Both the position numbers and the translations under genes were made by a program. Source: Camelus ferus (taxonomy: Eukaryota). Taken from it: a stretch of DNA of 64,000 bases. Every line of letters begins with the position of its first letter. Within the stretch, counting starts at the first letter, position 1. The stretch spans positions 45,386,001 through 45,450,000 of the forward strand of contig NC_045697.1 of NCBI RefSeq assembly GCF_009834535.1, in the 5' to 3' direction. The notes under the pieces were generated by a model. The model had not been told where the DNA came from and searched no databases. It was given only the letters and a program-made list of their open reading frames with translations. Positions 37,153 through 49,562 of the stretch are shown here, piece by piece.

Positions 37153-38452
37153 GTAAGGGGTTTACGTTTCAAGCATCTGAGAGAAGCCTTTTGACTTTTT
37201 TTGCTTTATATTCCAGTGTCTCTTGGAGGAATATATGCATTGTTATTGCTATCTAAATGTTGCTTTGAACTGAAATTGAGAAAGTACGCTTTTCACTCTG
37301 TTGCATAATAGCAGGTCTGTGCTAGTAAGTAACTTGTAATAATACAGCTGCTATTTCAAGCTTTTTACATGATGTCCTTTTGCGAATTGTTTTCTTGATG
37401 GCAGTTATTGGAGAATGTACCAAGTAACCATTCCCAAAGGCTAGAAAACATAAAATGTATTTGCTAACAGCAAAATGTATGTATACAAACACTCACGATA
37501 CATTAACTATATACTAAAGAAAAGAAGAATGTGTCCAGTGGAAATGCCACAGAAATGAAATCTTTCATATCATAGTTCCATTTCTTAAACAACTCCCCTA
37601 CCATGTCTATATTTGGCTTTCATTATCCTATTTTTGGCTTGCTCAAAATTTTCTGAAAAACAGAAAAGAAGCAGAATTGCAAGGGGATGTTTGAAGAGCA
37701 GCCTTCTGTAGTGCTGATCAGGACAGCTGGGAAATTACGCCTGATTTCCGCTGCATCTTCCACACCACCTCTTCTTTGAGCTTGAGAACCAGCTTGTAAG
37801 GAGTAGCAGAGCGGGGCTGTCAGATCAAGTGCTCTGAAGCAACTGTCGAATGGAGATCTGTGACCTTACTGGGTAGAGATGGTTCTAAACCCTTGGCAAT
37901 TACCCAGCCCTTCTTTGCCTCACAGATTTGTAACGATTCACTGTATATTATTAACCTTGGGAATGGTGCTGACATCTCCATCTGCTGGATGGCCTGGGTG
38001 TGAGCGGATCTGAAATGCTGCTGGAGATGCTGACCAGTTCACACACACCCAGTCCATACTTCATCTCTTTTGGGTGAGAGAGGAAGAAACGAGTTCTTAA
38101 TAGGCCAAAAAGTATTACTAATGTTTCTTCCACCATATGGAGAGATAAGGGAGAGATCTATCTGCTGTATTTTCCACCAAACTCTTGGCAAAAGGATTGA
38201 ATTGACAATGCTGAGCTTTGTTTTTCATATAGTTAAATAACAATAATTGAAACAATAATTCTGCCATTGATTGAAAAATCGTAGGCAGTACTAATGGCAA
38301 ATGTGAACAAAATATGGGGTGTGATCATTTCTGCACAATGTCATTATTTGTCAAATATAGCGTATTATGGAGTTTTAAGCCTCTCTGAATAAATATTTAT
38401 TAAAAATTTTTAAGTTTTCTTTTAAGGGAAAATTCTGTTCATCCATCTAGAG

Positions 38453-38650
38453 CAGTGGTCTCCAACAGAACATTCTGCACTGATGGAAATGTTCTGTATC
38501 TGCATGTCCAATAGGGTAGCCACTGGCTAGATGTGGCTGGTGAGCTTTTGAAATGTGGATAATGCAACCGAGGAACTGAATTTTTAATTTTGATCAATTT
38601 AAAATGAAATAACCTCATATGACTAGTGGCTGTCATATGGGATAGGGCAG
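38453..38650. mobile_element. MER3 (hAT-Charlie) DNA element
   Basis: cagtggtctccaacagaacattctgcactgatggaaatgttctgtatctgc...gtagccact...gaaatgtgg...gaggaactgaatttttaatttt. Confidence 0.88.
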
Positions 38651-39059
38651 ATATACATTTTGACTTAAAATATGTTTCACTTTGAATATCAAAGAAGTGA
38701 CTATTAAGAAAGAACAATTTGGGGGCAATTCTGGCCAAAGTTTTTCATATCACATACTCCAAACTGAAGAGATTTCTAAACTTCATTCAGTCTTCTAACT
38801 GGAGTATTTTTCTTGTTTCAACACAAGTATTTTTAGAACCGTGTTCCAGATATGTGAACTCTTGGGGAAATTACATACAATAAAATGGAAGTGTATACGC
38901 CTGAATAAGATTCAGTTCCCAGAAGGATAAGTGGTTAGAAGCTTCCATACTATTTAAATGTGAAAGAATTTGAACTCTTACTAGTCAACATGTTTTACAT
39001 AGGCATGGTAAACTTTTTCTGGTAGGTTCATTTTGAGGGCTTGTTGCCTTCTTACCTAG

Positions 39060-39196
39060 GTTAAGGTGAAAAACGAGAACGTTGCTTTTGCCATGAAGTG
39101 TATAAGGAAGAAGCACATAGTGGACACGAAGCAGCAGGAGCACGTCTACTCAGAAAAGAGGATCCTGGAGGAGCTGTGCTCGCCCTTCATCGTGAA
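39060..39196 (+). CDS. PRKG2: PRKG2 coding exon 11 (137 nt): VKVKNENVAFAMKCIRKKHIVDTKQQEHVYSEKRILEELCSPFIV(K)
   Basis: AMK catalytic lysine and helix-C Glu; acceptor cttacctag, donor AA|gtaagt. Confidence 0.97.
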
Positions 39197-39395
39197 GTAA
39201 GTGAGGGCTTCCCTCTCAGGACTTAGGATCGCAGGCTCTTCTGCTGAGCGTTTCCCTGAGAGAAGGCAGAAGAGGAAGAGGAGCCCCCTCTCTGCATCCG
39301 CCATCCCAGTCACAGCAACAACACATAAAATGTTTGCAGTTTGAGGTCTGAAGTCAAGAGCCCAGAGTTTTTATCCTTGGGTAAATCTCAGGAAA

Positions 39396-39423
39396 GTGTG
39401 TGTGTGTGTGTGTGTGTGTGTGT
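39396..39423. repeat. (GT)14 microsatellite
   Basis: Perfect dinucleotide run. Confidence 0.97.
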
Positions 39424-40559
39424 AGTGAATATAAAATTATTGTGGGGATAATTTGAACTGTTTATTTGAGCTGCAGAATTTGGGAAGCAAGAATTCATTC
39501 AGAACCCCTCAGGAAGCGTGCTGCTTCTGAATTTCTGCGAGAAGTGGCGTCTGGGCACCTGTGGGTTCCGAGGAGCTGGTTCCTAGTGGTGCCTGGATGC
39601 CCAAAGATCCACCTCCTTATAATTACTGTTCTTTCTGCATTGATCACCAGAGTTTGGAAGAGAAATATGTTATTCTAGGCCATGGCTCTCTCGTGAATTC
39701 ATGGGTTAGCAGTGTAGGTCAGTTAACGCATATATTTTCATACATGTCTTAAAGCCCCAGAGTATAGCTTTAGAGATTTCTGGGTGATGTAAGGTGCCTC
39801 TTTAATGAATAGAATTTATACTTTTTGATGAAATGCCTTGAGAGACTCCTTCTGCCTGTCCATATTCTCAGACCTATTTCTTTTCAAGATTAAAAAAAAA
39901 ATCTGAACCCAGGCAATGCTGGCAGTAGAGTCAGCCAATTATCTTTATATAAATTATGTGCTCCCCCTGCCTTTTTAAACAATAATTCATTAAAAACTAT
40001 CAAGAGCAGCTTCAGGGTGTGGATTAGATTTTATTCATTTTCTCATTCCCAGCTCTTTGCAAAGGACCCGGCATATAGTAGGGCAATTATACTATTAAAA
40101 ATGAATATTAATGACATTTATTGTTGAGAAAATAATATGTGCCAGGCACTCTTCTAAAGCAAAAATTTTTAAAAATCTTATATATAATATGTTAAACATA
40201 TTTTTTATTTATATTTATTTCATATATTATATGTGTAAAATATATTAAATTAATACATATAATCAGTATGTAATCAAGTGAAGATATGTATTTGTTATGA
40301 TCCTCATAACAAAACAGGTAAATGTTAAGATTGTCCTTGTTGAGCAGGAACAATGAGAAAACTGAAGTTGCTTAGTTCATAAACGGTTGATCAGGGATTC
40401 AACCCCAGGCAGCTTGGATCCAGATCCCACCCAGAACCACTTACTAGGTCACTTCTGCTGCCTGTACGTGAGATAGCTGTTCTGTCTCCTGCATTAGCCT
40501 GGGCATGGTGCTAGGGAGAAAAGGGCATCTCTTGAGTAAGACCCAGAGATTGCTTTCAC

Positions 40560-40912
40560 CCAGCGCTGAAATACGGTATGTTGCCCAGAACCCACATCAG
40601 GACTGAGGCTGTTGTTCTCCCAGCTTCTGGGAGTGCTGCCAGCTGGGGCATCTAGCTCAGGCCCTCTCTGGCCGGTGCTCTAAAGTGAAGAGAACCACCT
40701 TGCCAAGACCATACTCATTCTCCAGGTACATCCTGCATCCAGTGATGGCAGAGCTCCTGGAAGCCGAAGCTTTTGAAAAACTAGATGACAGCCCAACCCC
40801 TCCTCTATCCAAGTCTACTTCCTTCCTTCACCGTGGGTGTTGGTCCCAAGAGCAGTCCCCATGAGAAATGCTTAGGAATGTCTGTCTCAGTCTATTTCCT
40901 GAGACCAACTAG
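40560..40912 (+). mobile_element. ERVL LTR (LTR16-like)
   Basis: tcaggactgaggc...cccagcttctgggagtgctgccagctg...gaagagaaccaccttgccaag...gtgttggtcccaagagcagtcccc...tctgtctcagtctatttcct. Confidence 0.65.
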
Positions 40913-41318
40913 AGGAATAAGACATGGGCATGAATGACTGTTATGCAAGGCAGATCTTAAAGGAGACTATGCAGAGGTCTCTGGGTTTTGGAAGGAAGGA
41001 TAGGCCATATTTAATAGGTGGGATAAGGATCTGCTTTATCGGGAAGGTGTTGAGAATGGCTAACACTTATACAGTGAAACTGAAAAGAAGTTCAGTTTGT
41101 GGGTAAAGGGAGGGAAGTCCAAGTAAAGGGGTCAACAGGAGAGAAAGCAAGGGAGGAGGAGAGATCAGAGCATCAGGGGGAAGCCAATATTGCTGTAGGA
41201 TGTTGGAAGGAGATGAGGACCATTGTCCAAAATGTTACTGATGATGCTCTTAAGCAACTTTAAAGATGTTTTAAAACTAGATTTCTAATAAGAGGCATCT
41301 TTTTATTTGTCTTCACAG

Positions 41319-41408
41319 ATTGTATCGCACTTTCAAGGATAATAAGTATGTATACATGCTTCTGGAGGCCTGCTTAGGTGGGGAGCTATGGAGTATATTG
41401 AGGGACAG
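41319..41408 (+). CDS. PRKG2: PRKG2 coding exon 12 (90 nt): (K)[29 protein letters not shown](R)
   Basis: Kinase hinge [12 protein letters not shown]; acceptor cttcacag, donor AG|gtaatg. Confidence 0.97.
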
Positions 41409-41500
41409 GTAATGAAAAAGGTTTATAAATCATAACTTTTGTATACTCACATCTGGTCTAAAGGATGCACTATTCATGATCATTTAAAGAGACATGAAAA

Positions 41501-41608
41501 GGGGAGAGGGTATATAGCTCAGTGGTAAAGCACATGCTTAGCATGCATGAGGTCCTGGGTTCAATCTCCAGTGCCTCCATTTTAATTAATTAATTAATTT
41601 TAAAAAAT
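41501..41608 (+). mobile_element. tRNA-derived camelid-type SINE (Vic-1-like) with 15-bp TSD
   Basis: ggggagagggtatatagctcagtggtaaagcacatgcttagcatgcatgaggtcctgggttcaatctcc; TSD aaagagacatgaaaa (41486-41500) / aaagagacatgaaga (41609-41623). Confidence 0.92.
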
Positions 41609-42485
41609 AAAGAGACATGAAGAAAGTCATTAAGAAATGAGTCTAAAAAAATGTTACCACTTGATTAAAAAAGTAATAGCGACATTTTCTTAGCTAATAT
41701 TATAATCACATAATAGGCATCATGTAAGGCAGTCATTGTCATTCTCATATTAAAGATTAAAGGAGCCCAGGCTTCAGGTGTGAACCATCTGTGTCACGTG
41801 GTTAGTATGAGGCAGAGTAAGGATAAACCCAGATGTTACTGATTCTGAATCTTGAGAAGGGAGATGAAGGAAGGGTGGGGAGTGGGGAAGCCCTGGCTGG
41901 AAAGCAGAGTGAAGTGTCTGCAAAGATGCTATTATACAAAAAGGGCATTTTCCATACAGTCAGAACCACGGGTATTTTCTGAGCTCCACCTACATACAAG
42001 GCTCCATAGTACAGTGTGGGTGTTTCCTAAACCATATAAACTTTTATAACTCGAAGTATAAAAATATAGTTTTCCTCCAGTGGATTTAGATTTGATTTCA
42101 GGAGATAATGTAACCTGCAGTTTTAAAACATTTCATTATTTAATGTGAGAACTAAATATGATGAAGTTGGCTATTTGTAACCAAATGTCCAATAAGTATT
42201 GTGAATAGTGAGCTCAGAAGAGAGGAAAGATAGAAAAATGTGATGGTCAAGGAAGGACTTGAGCTGAACTCTAAAGATGACCAAAATGTGGGAAGGCAGA
42301 GAAGAAGGGAAACGGATGTAAGATACAGCAGGGAAGTTGGGTTATGATTAAGTCTCTTACTCGCTGACTAAGAGCAGAATTTAAATAGAAGATGAGGGCA
42401 GCGGAAGAGGAGATGGGAAGGTAGCTTTGCATTAGGTTGTGGAGGTTAATGCCGAGCCAGACACTGAGACAGCATTCCCTGGGCC

Positions 42486-42660
42486 AGTGCTTCTCAGCTC
42501 TGGTTTCTCATCACAGTCGCACGGGGAGCTTTTATAGATGAAAATGCTGGGCCCTAATCCCAAAGGCTTTGATTTGGTTCACTTGCTTTGGGGTCCAGGA
42601 AGTGACTTTTACCTGCCTTTCAAGCAATTTTAATGTGCATTCATGGTCAAGAATCAGGGA
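42486..42660. mobile_element. MER5A-like DNA element
   Basis: cagtgcttctcagctctgg...ggggagctttt...aatgctgggccc...ttttaatgtgca...gagaatca. Confidence 0.65.
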
Positions 42661-42869
42661 CCTGAGTAGGAAGAGACCTTTAAGCATCTGAATGAAGAGC
42701 TGTATGTTGTGCTGGGAACAGACTGTTGGATGGACCCAATGGGGGGAACCTGGAAGGGTGGAGGAGACTTGCATGATACCTGCAGAAGCATTTGCATCTT
42801 CCACCTTTGCTTCAACTGTCAAATCTTTTTTGAATATCTTAATCTGTTTGGAGATGGGAGTTCCTGCTA

Positions 42870-43052
42870 CCTGTTAGGCACTTTGCCTGCTCCTTAAAAC
42901 AGCCTTGTAAAGTCAACAGTGCACCCATTTTACATCTAGGGATCTGAGGCTCAGAACAGCTGAACAACTTGCCCAAGGACACAATGAGTGGAAGAATCAG
43001 GAGTCAAAGCCAGTTTCTCTCACTCCAGAGCCACAGCCTTCTATTACACCAT
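42870..43052 (-). mobile_element. MIR SINE
   Basis: cccattttacatctagggatctgaggctcagaa...aacttgcccaaggacaca...ctccagagcc. Confidence 0.75.
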
Positions 43053-43614
43053 GCAGCAAACCACCACCATGTTTAATAATTCAGTAGGTAAACCTACACA
43101 CGGTGCTGACACAGGGCAACTCTTACATCATCAAGGCACACTAAACAGAAAAGAGTTATGACCCCGTTTCTACATGGGTTACTGTTACGTGCTATGCAAA
43201 CAGGAAATGAAAATGATCATTTGGGTCATTTTTAGTCAAGCAATCAATTACAGAAGTCTGGTTCAAGCTCTCCATTGATATTGTTGCATTTTCTCCAGAA
43301 TTTGCCGTAGGTATCTAAAAAAAAGTTCTGTTTTCTCCTCTTTCTATTTTAGATCTTCACATATGGTTGCCAGAAACAATCATTTGGTTGTAAACATCTT
43401 AATTTCAGTGAAGTGGTTCTTGTTTGCATCAAGTGTCCCCCTAAGTTTCTTTATGATCAGCAGCCTCATTCATTGGCAGTATGAAATACTTTTTAGAGTT
43501 GATGCCCTACACAATGTTTATATTGCATACATTTACACTATGATAATTTACACCTAGAATATACCGCAAGGATGTGTGTTTAGAGTATTAAGAGGGAAAA
43601 TGATTTCGTTGCAG

Positions 43615-43756
43615 AGGCAGCTTTGATGAACCCACCTCCAAGTTCTGCGTTGCTTGTGTGACGGAAGCGTTTGATTACCTGCATCGACTGGGTATTATCT
43701 ACAGAGACCTGAAACCAGAAAACTTAATTCTAGATGCTGAAGGATATCTTAAATTG
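43615..43756 (+). CDS. PRKG2: PRKG2 coding exon 13 (142 nt): (R)[47 protein letters not shown]
   Basis: Catalytic loop YRDLKPEN; acceptor tttcgttgcag, donor TTG|gtaagg. Confidence 0.97.
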
Positions 43757-45880
43757 GTAAGGCAAATTCTGTAACTTACAGTGCCACATGAGTATTTCTA
43801 CGCACAAAGCTGTGTTATAGTTGCAATTTTCTTTTAATTTTGGTACATCTGTTATTTTCACTTTGGGGGATATGGCTTTTGAAATCAGCACACTTAACAC
43901 AGGGAGCAATGTTACAGTTCTTTTTGGCCTAGGAATTTAATGTTTCAGCCTTATTTGTGACTCCTACTAAGAATTCACATTATAGAATGTCTTTAAAATT
44001 GAGTTCTGTTAGCATTTTTGTATAATGATTTTAAGTGGGTCTTAATAAATTCCTGCCACATATAGAGACTGGCTATGAGGACTAAGGAAGGAAGATAGTA
44101 TGGCTTTTGTCCCAAGATAGCCAGTCTGTATAGGGAGGAAAGACACATGTATAAATGTTGGTAGTTTAAAAAAAATCTTTCTAGATGATTCTAAGGTACA
44201 ACCTGGGTTGAGAATCACGACATTGGACTATGGGTTCCTTGAGGTTTTTTCTTGGCATCCATATTTGTAATGGATGGCATGCCTAATGTGATTCCCCTTG
44301 CATGTCACACTACAGAAAAAAAATGCTACCAGTCACGTAAACTGCTTTCACTATGAAACTGTAAGAGAACTGGGCAGTCATAATTAAGGAGAAACCAACA
44401 CACTTTGGATCTCAGGAGGGAACCCCATCAAGATGGGGAACCCAAGCTGAGTTTTCCTGAGTCCATTTTGTCAGTAGCTCAAGGACAGTCAACCATATCT
44501 GAACTTAACATTTACAACGATACTAAAAGTTTCTCATACCAGAACCTTTTTTATGTGGAAATAATAGTAACTACCATTTAGTGTGTAAAGCTACTGTGCT
44601 AAACATTTTTCGATCCATATGTTTTAACAGTTGACGAGGTAGGTTTTATCATCCACATGTTACAGTGTGTAATTTAGCCTTAGGAATTAAATTTATTATG
44701 TGTAATTGCTAAGCGATTTCTCTCTATAGTAAAGGAGTAAAGGAAGTCCTTTCATGTGAAATCTGGCCAACTTCCAAGAAACATTTTGATCCATTCAGGT
44801 TTTATTTTACTCATGAAAGACAGCTTTGAGAACTAGTGTGGTACTAACACAAAGCCTTAATTACTTGTCTTCTTCACAATTCCTTCATTGACAAAGCCTG
44901 TGACAGCTCTTCAGAGAAACCGTTTGGAATATTCTTGAAGTAAAACCATCATGAGAGATGCCAATTATCCATTAGATTCATTTTTTATAGCTGTTTTTGA
45001 GAAACAGGTAGTATTTATTTCTTTACTACTATAAATTCAGTATTTATAGACAGAGAGGTCCAGAGCGATCTCTTCTGTTAACCATTCTTATCCATCCAGC
45101 TAACTCACGTGCCAGCCAGCTAAATGAAGAGCAATAACTAAAGCCTTTAGAGATTAGAAAGTAAATGTGGAATATTTCCATTTCTAGCTATATCCTCAAG
45201 CTAAATATATTGAAAGTCTCTTACTACAGAAATGTCTAAAATACTGGATGAAACATGAAAAGTAGGATTGCACGCATGGCTGAGTTTATAAGACAGCGTT
45301 GGAATCCCCCCAAGGCTGGGACTCAAGCTTGAGCAGCTGCGCAGGGTGGGACTCAGACACTGACGCTGCTGTCTTGTGGGCAGCCAGCACTCCTAGGTGG
45401 CCTAGAGGTTTTATTTTAGTTTCTGTGCCCTCCGGGAACAGGAGACCACGTTTTTGGACCTGGGCAATGTGGGAAGTTGAATCAGAGAATATTGGCCAGA
45501 ACCAAGAATCATACGGATTATACCCTCAGAGAAATAGAAAACGGGGAGGGGGGTGGAATTCTAATTTATAAAAGCAGAGTACATGCAAGAAAACATGATT
45601 TTCTCATTACCGGGCTCTTAGTAGAGGAACAAAAGAGAGATCCTCCACTGAGAAGACTTGGCCACAGGCTGGTCTTCATGGAGTCTTGGGTGCCCAGTCT
45701 TCAAGGGTGGAAAACCCCAAGGAAAAATTTAAATGAAAATGTATCCATGTTGGTAGCATGCCCAAGTTTCCAAGAATCAGTGTATATTCTCTCTGGAAGA
45801 ATGTTCTCTCAACTCAGGATACAAAGGAGTCTGAGAGATAAACTTCCAGGGGATATAAACTCACATTTAAAATAAAATAA

Positions 45881-46005
45881 GGGGGTGGTTAATAGCTCCG
45901 TGTTAGAATGTGTGCTTAGGATGCATGAGATCCTGGGTTCAGTTCCCAGTACCTCCGTTAAATAAATAAATCTAATTATCCCCTCCCCCCCAAAAAATAA
46001 ATAAA
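45881..46005 (+). mobile_element. tRNA-derived camelid-type SINE (Vic-1-like)
   Basis: gggggtggttaatagctccgtgttagaatgtgtgcttaggatgcatgagatcctgggttcagttcccagtacctcc, then tail ctaattatcccctccccccc and an A-rich end. Confidence 0.85.
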
Positions 46006-46429
46006 GTAAAAATATGTATGAGGAAAAAAGTTCTAGGAGCATTATTTGGCAGACACATAAGAGTCTCATATATTGGAGTAATCAGATACAAAATGTAAAA
46101 TAAATACATCCATTGTTTTTTTAAAGTAAAAGAGGGGCTAACAAATAAGTAAACAACAGAGACTCTCAAAAAATATCTAAAGTGTTTAGAAAAAAATAAC
46201 AAATAAAACTATGAAGAAATTAATATAGTAATAGAAATTCAGTATTCCATGAAAGTTTTCATTAATGGTGGAGTAGCTTGCATTGGACTAATCTTGCTGA
46301 GATTGAAAGCGTGGGAGAGCAACAAGAAATAGACATTCAAGCCTTGGAGAAAGGGACTCACACAAGGTGAAATCCACATTAACACAGCTGTTCCTTTCAA
46401 AGCACTCATTCTGTAAGGCATGGAGCATA

Positions 46430-48730
46430 AACCTTTAGTTAACATCATACCTAACCGTGAAATATTGAACATTTTCCATTATATTGTAAGGAAATTAAGA
46501 ATATTTTCTTTCACTACTCTTTTCAACATTGGTCTTAGCAAAAGAAATGAACCCAGAAAAAGAAAGGAAAGGCCAAAGATTAGAAAGGAAGAAGCTACTG
46601 GTCTTTATTTGCAAACAACATGATTGTTTATCAGAAAAGCATGAAGAATCTACCCAAAAGGTGCTAGAAAGAGTAAGTAAATTAAGCGTGATTATAGGTA
46701 TAGAGTCAATATACAAATAAAAATTGTATTTTTATAAACTAGTAGTAAATATTTATAAATGAAATTAAAATACCATTTATAGTATCAAAAATTACAAAAT
46801 AATTTTAAATACATTTAATGTGTGAGACCTCTACATTGAAAATGATGACATTTTGTTGAGAAAAAAAGAAATAAATGGTAATGTTTATAAATTGTATAAC
46901 TCAATATTTGATAAGACATTCATTCTCCAATTAATCCACAAATTTAAGGCCATTGCAATAAAAAAATTATAGCAGCCATTTTTAGAAACTGAGATGTTAT
47001 TCTAAAATTTACACAGAAATGAAATTTAGAATAGTCAATAACCACTTTGGAAAAAAAAAGAAAAAGATTGAGGAAATTATTATACCTGATGTCAGACCTA
47101 CTATAAAACTGGTAACTGAGGCAGTGTGATAATGGTGTAAGGATAGATAGCTTAATCTAGCAGAATGCAGCCCAGAAATAGACATACACAGTCAACTGAC
47201 TTTTAGAAAAAGGGGAAAGGCTAGTCTTCTCAACAGGTATTGCTGAAACAGTTGGATATGCATAGGTGGAGTAAGAAGGAACATGACTCTCACCTCACAC
47301 TGTATAAAATAATTCAGGGTGGATCATGGACCTATAAAACATCCAGAAGTAAACATAGGGAAGTATCTTCAGGACATGGAGTAGGCAAGATTTCTTGGAA
47401 CACAATAGTAGTAATCTCAGAAAGCTTGGGCTCCTATAACAAAAATACCACAGGCTGGGTGGCTTAAACAATTTATTTCTCACAGTTCTCGACTCTGGGA
47501 AGTTCAGGGTCAGGGTGTTGGCAGATCTGGTGTCTGGTCTGGGTCCATTTCCTGTTTTCTCTCTTCACATAGAGAGAGAGAGACAGGGAGGGAGAAAGCT
47601 CTCTTCTGTCTCTTCTTATAAGGGTACTAATCCTATCATGAAGGTTTCAGCCTTGTGACCTAATTACTTCCCTCCAAATACCATCCACATTAAGGATTAG
47701 GGATTCAACGTATAAATTTGGGGGGAGACAAACATGCAGTCCATAATAATTGGATTTCATCAAAATTAAAACATTCCTGATCATCAAAATACATTGTTAA
47801 GAAAATGAACAGCCATGCCATAGACTGGTAGAAAATATTTGCAATATATAAATATATGACAAAGGTCTTGTATCCAGAAATAGACAAAGAACTCAATAAT
47901 AAAAGTCAAACAACACAGTTTTTAAAAATGATCAAAGATCTTGAAAAATCATTTTACAAATAAAGACATAGGAATAATCAGTAAGCCTTATCAACAGTCA
48001 CTAGGAAATGCAAATTAAAACCACAAAGATGTACGATTTCATACCCACTAGAGTGACTATAATTTAAAAGCTTGCCAATACCAAGTGTTGGTGGGGACAT
48101 TTCCCTAAATTCCTAGTGGGAAAAGAAAATTATGAACTGTTTGAAGAACAGTTTGTCAGTTTCTCATAGAGTCAAACATATGCCTCTACTGTGACAAGAA
48201 ATTCCACTCTTTGGTAGAAATTCTACTCCTTGGTATTTATCCAGGAAAATTGAAATCATGTCTTCAAAAGTTTTAGACAAGAATGTTCGTAACAGCTTTA
48301 TTCCTGAAAGCCCCCAAATCAGAAACAGCCCAAACCCCTATCACCAATCAAATGTATAAATATATAGCAGTGTTTCATCAGTGGAACTCATCTCAGCAGC
48401 CTAAAGCAATGAATTGCTGCAGGCAGCGACATGAATGAACTTTTAAAACTATGTTGAGCAAAAAGAAGAGAGACACAGAAGAGTGTCTTCTTTATGAGTA
48501 CATTTATTGCAGTCGTAGAATAGATGGTAGAAATTAATACAAGGTCTGCCTTTGGGAGGGGCATTTGACTGGAATGGGGCGCGAGGGGACTTTCTGAGAT
48601 AAATGGGAGTGTCTGTATCTTGACCATGTGGTGGTTGTGGTTACATGAGTATAATCTGTATCAAAATTCAATGAGCTGTACCCCAAACACCTGTGCATTT
48701 TATTGCTTGTAAATTTTATATCAATTTGAA
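46430..48730 (+). mobile_element. Old L1 (3' half of ORF2 plus 3' UTR), sense to the gene
   Basis: aacatcatacctaaccgtgaaatattgaac, ggatttcatcaaaattaaaac, ggaaatgcaaattaaaaccaca, gtatcaaaattcaatgagctgtac. Confidence 0.85.
47415..47746 (-). mobile_element. MLT1A-type MaLR LTR nested in L1
   Basis: ataacaaaaataccacaggctgggtggcttaaac...tttatttctcacagttct...cttcttataagggtactaatcc...tttggggggagacaaacatgcagtccata. Confidence 0.88.
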
Positions 48731-49049
48731 AATTTAGTGGAAAGATTAAATAGCAGATAATTCACAAGTAAAGAGAAAAATCAGTGAACTGAAGGATAAA
48801 TTTAAGCAATTTACACAGAATATAGCACAGAGGCACAAAAAGATGGGAAATAAGAGAAATGAGGAGACTTGGGGAGTAAAGTGAGAAATTCCTAAAGTGT
48901 TCAATTGGAGGCCAAGGTAAAAATATTGAGAATGAGAGAGAAAAGCAGTATTTAAAGAAATAACGGCTGAGAATTTTCCAGAAGTTATAAAAAATACCAA
49001 TTATCAGGTAATAAATCCCCCATAAATCCCAACTGAATCTAATGTTATT

Positions 49050-49562
49050 TATTGTAGCTTCTGTCTTTGCATAACAAAGCACTCCAGAATTTAACTGCTT
49101 AAAACAGTAAGAATCATGTATGTTCTCTCACAGGTTCTGTGGGTCAGGAATTTGGGAGTGGTTCTGCTGGGTGGTTCTGACTCAGGGTGTCTCGGGACGT
49201 TTCTGTCAAATGTTGGCTGGCGCTGCAGTCACCTGGAGGCTTGACGGACTTGAGAATCCACATCCAAGGTGACTCACTCATAGCAGACTGATGCTGGCTG
49301 TTGTTTGGGCGACTTAATTCGTTTCCATATGAGTCTCTAGGGTTGAATGTCTTCATGGCATGGTGGCTGGCTTCTCTCAGAATGAGTCATCTGAGAGACC
49401 GAGGAATGGCTGCAGTGCCTTTGAAGATATTCAGAGCCACCCACCAGCCCTTCCACTGTGTTCTGTTGGCCGCACGGGGTCAGCCCTGATTTATTGTGAG
49501 AGAGGACACCTCTGAATCCCAGGAGAAAGGGATCGTTGAGGCTGTCTTGGATGTTGGCTGTT
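49050..49562 (-). mobile_element. MLT1F/G-like MaLR LTR nested in L1 ORF1
   Basis: gcataacaaagcactccagaatttaactgcttaaaac...ggttctgtgggtcaggaatttgggag...catggcatggtggctggcttc. Confidence 0.8.

Noticed and set aside
41501..41575. tRNA-like sequences with A/B boxes (also at 12420, 45881, 56830)
   Set aside because: SINE heads with AT-rich tails and TSDs, lacking a proper acceptor stem; not tRNA genes
45477..45875. 132-aa plus-strand ORF
   Set aside because: Non-ATG start, no recognisable domain, in a region that looks like degraded L1 5' sequence
11846..48234. Small diverged tandem duplications (11846-11910, 28782-28829, 48197-48234)
   Set aside because: Two-copy slippage products with no spacer structure; not an array or CRISPR-like system
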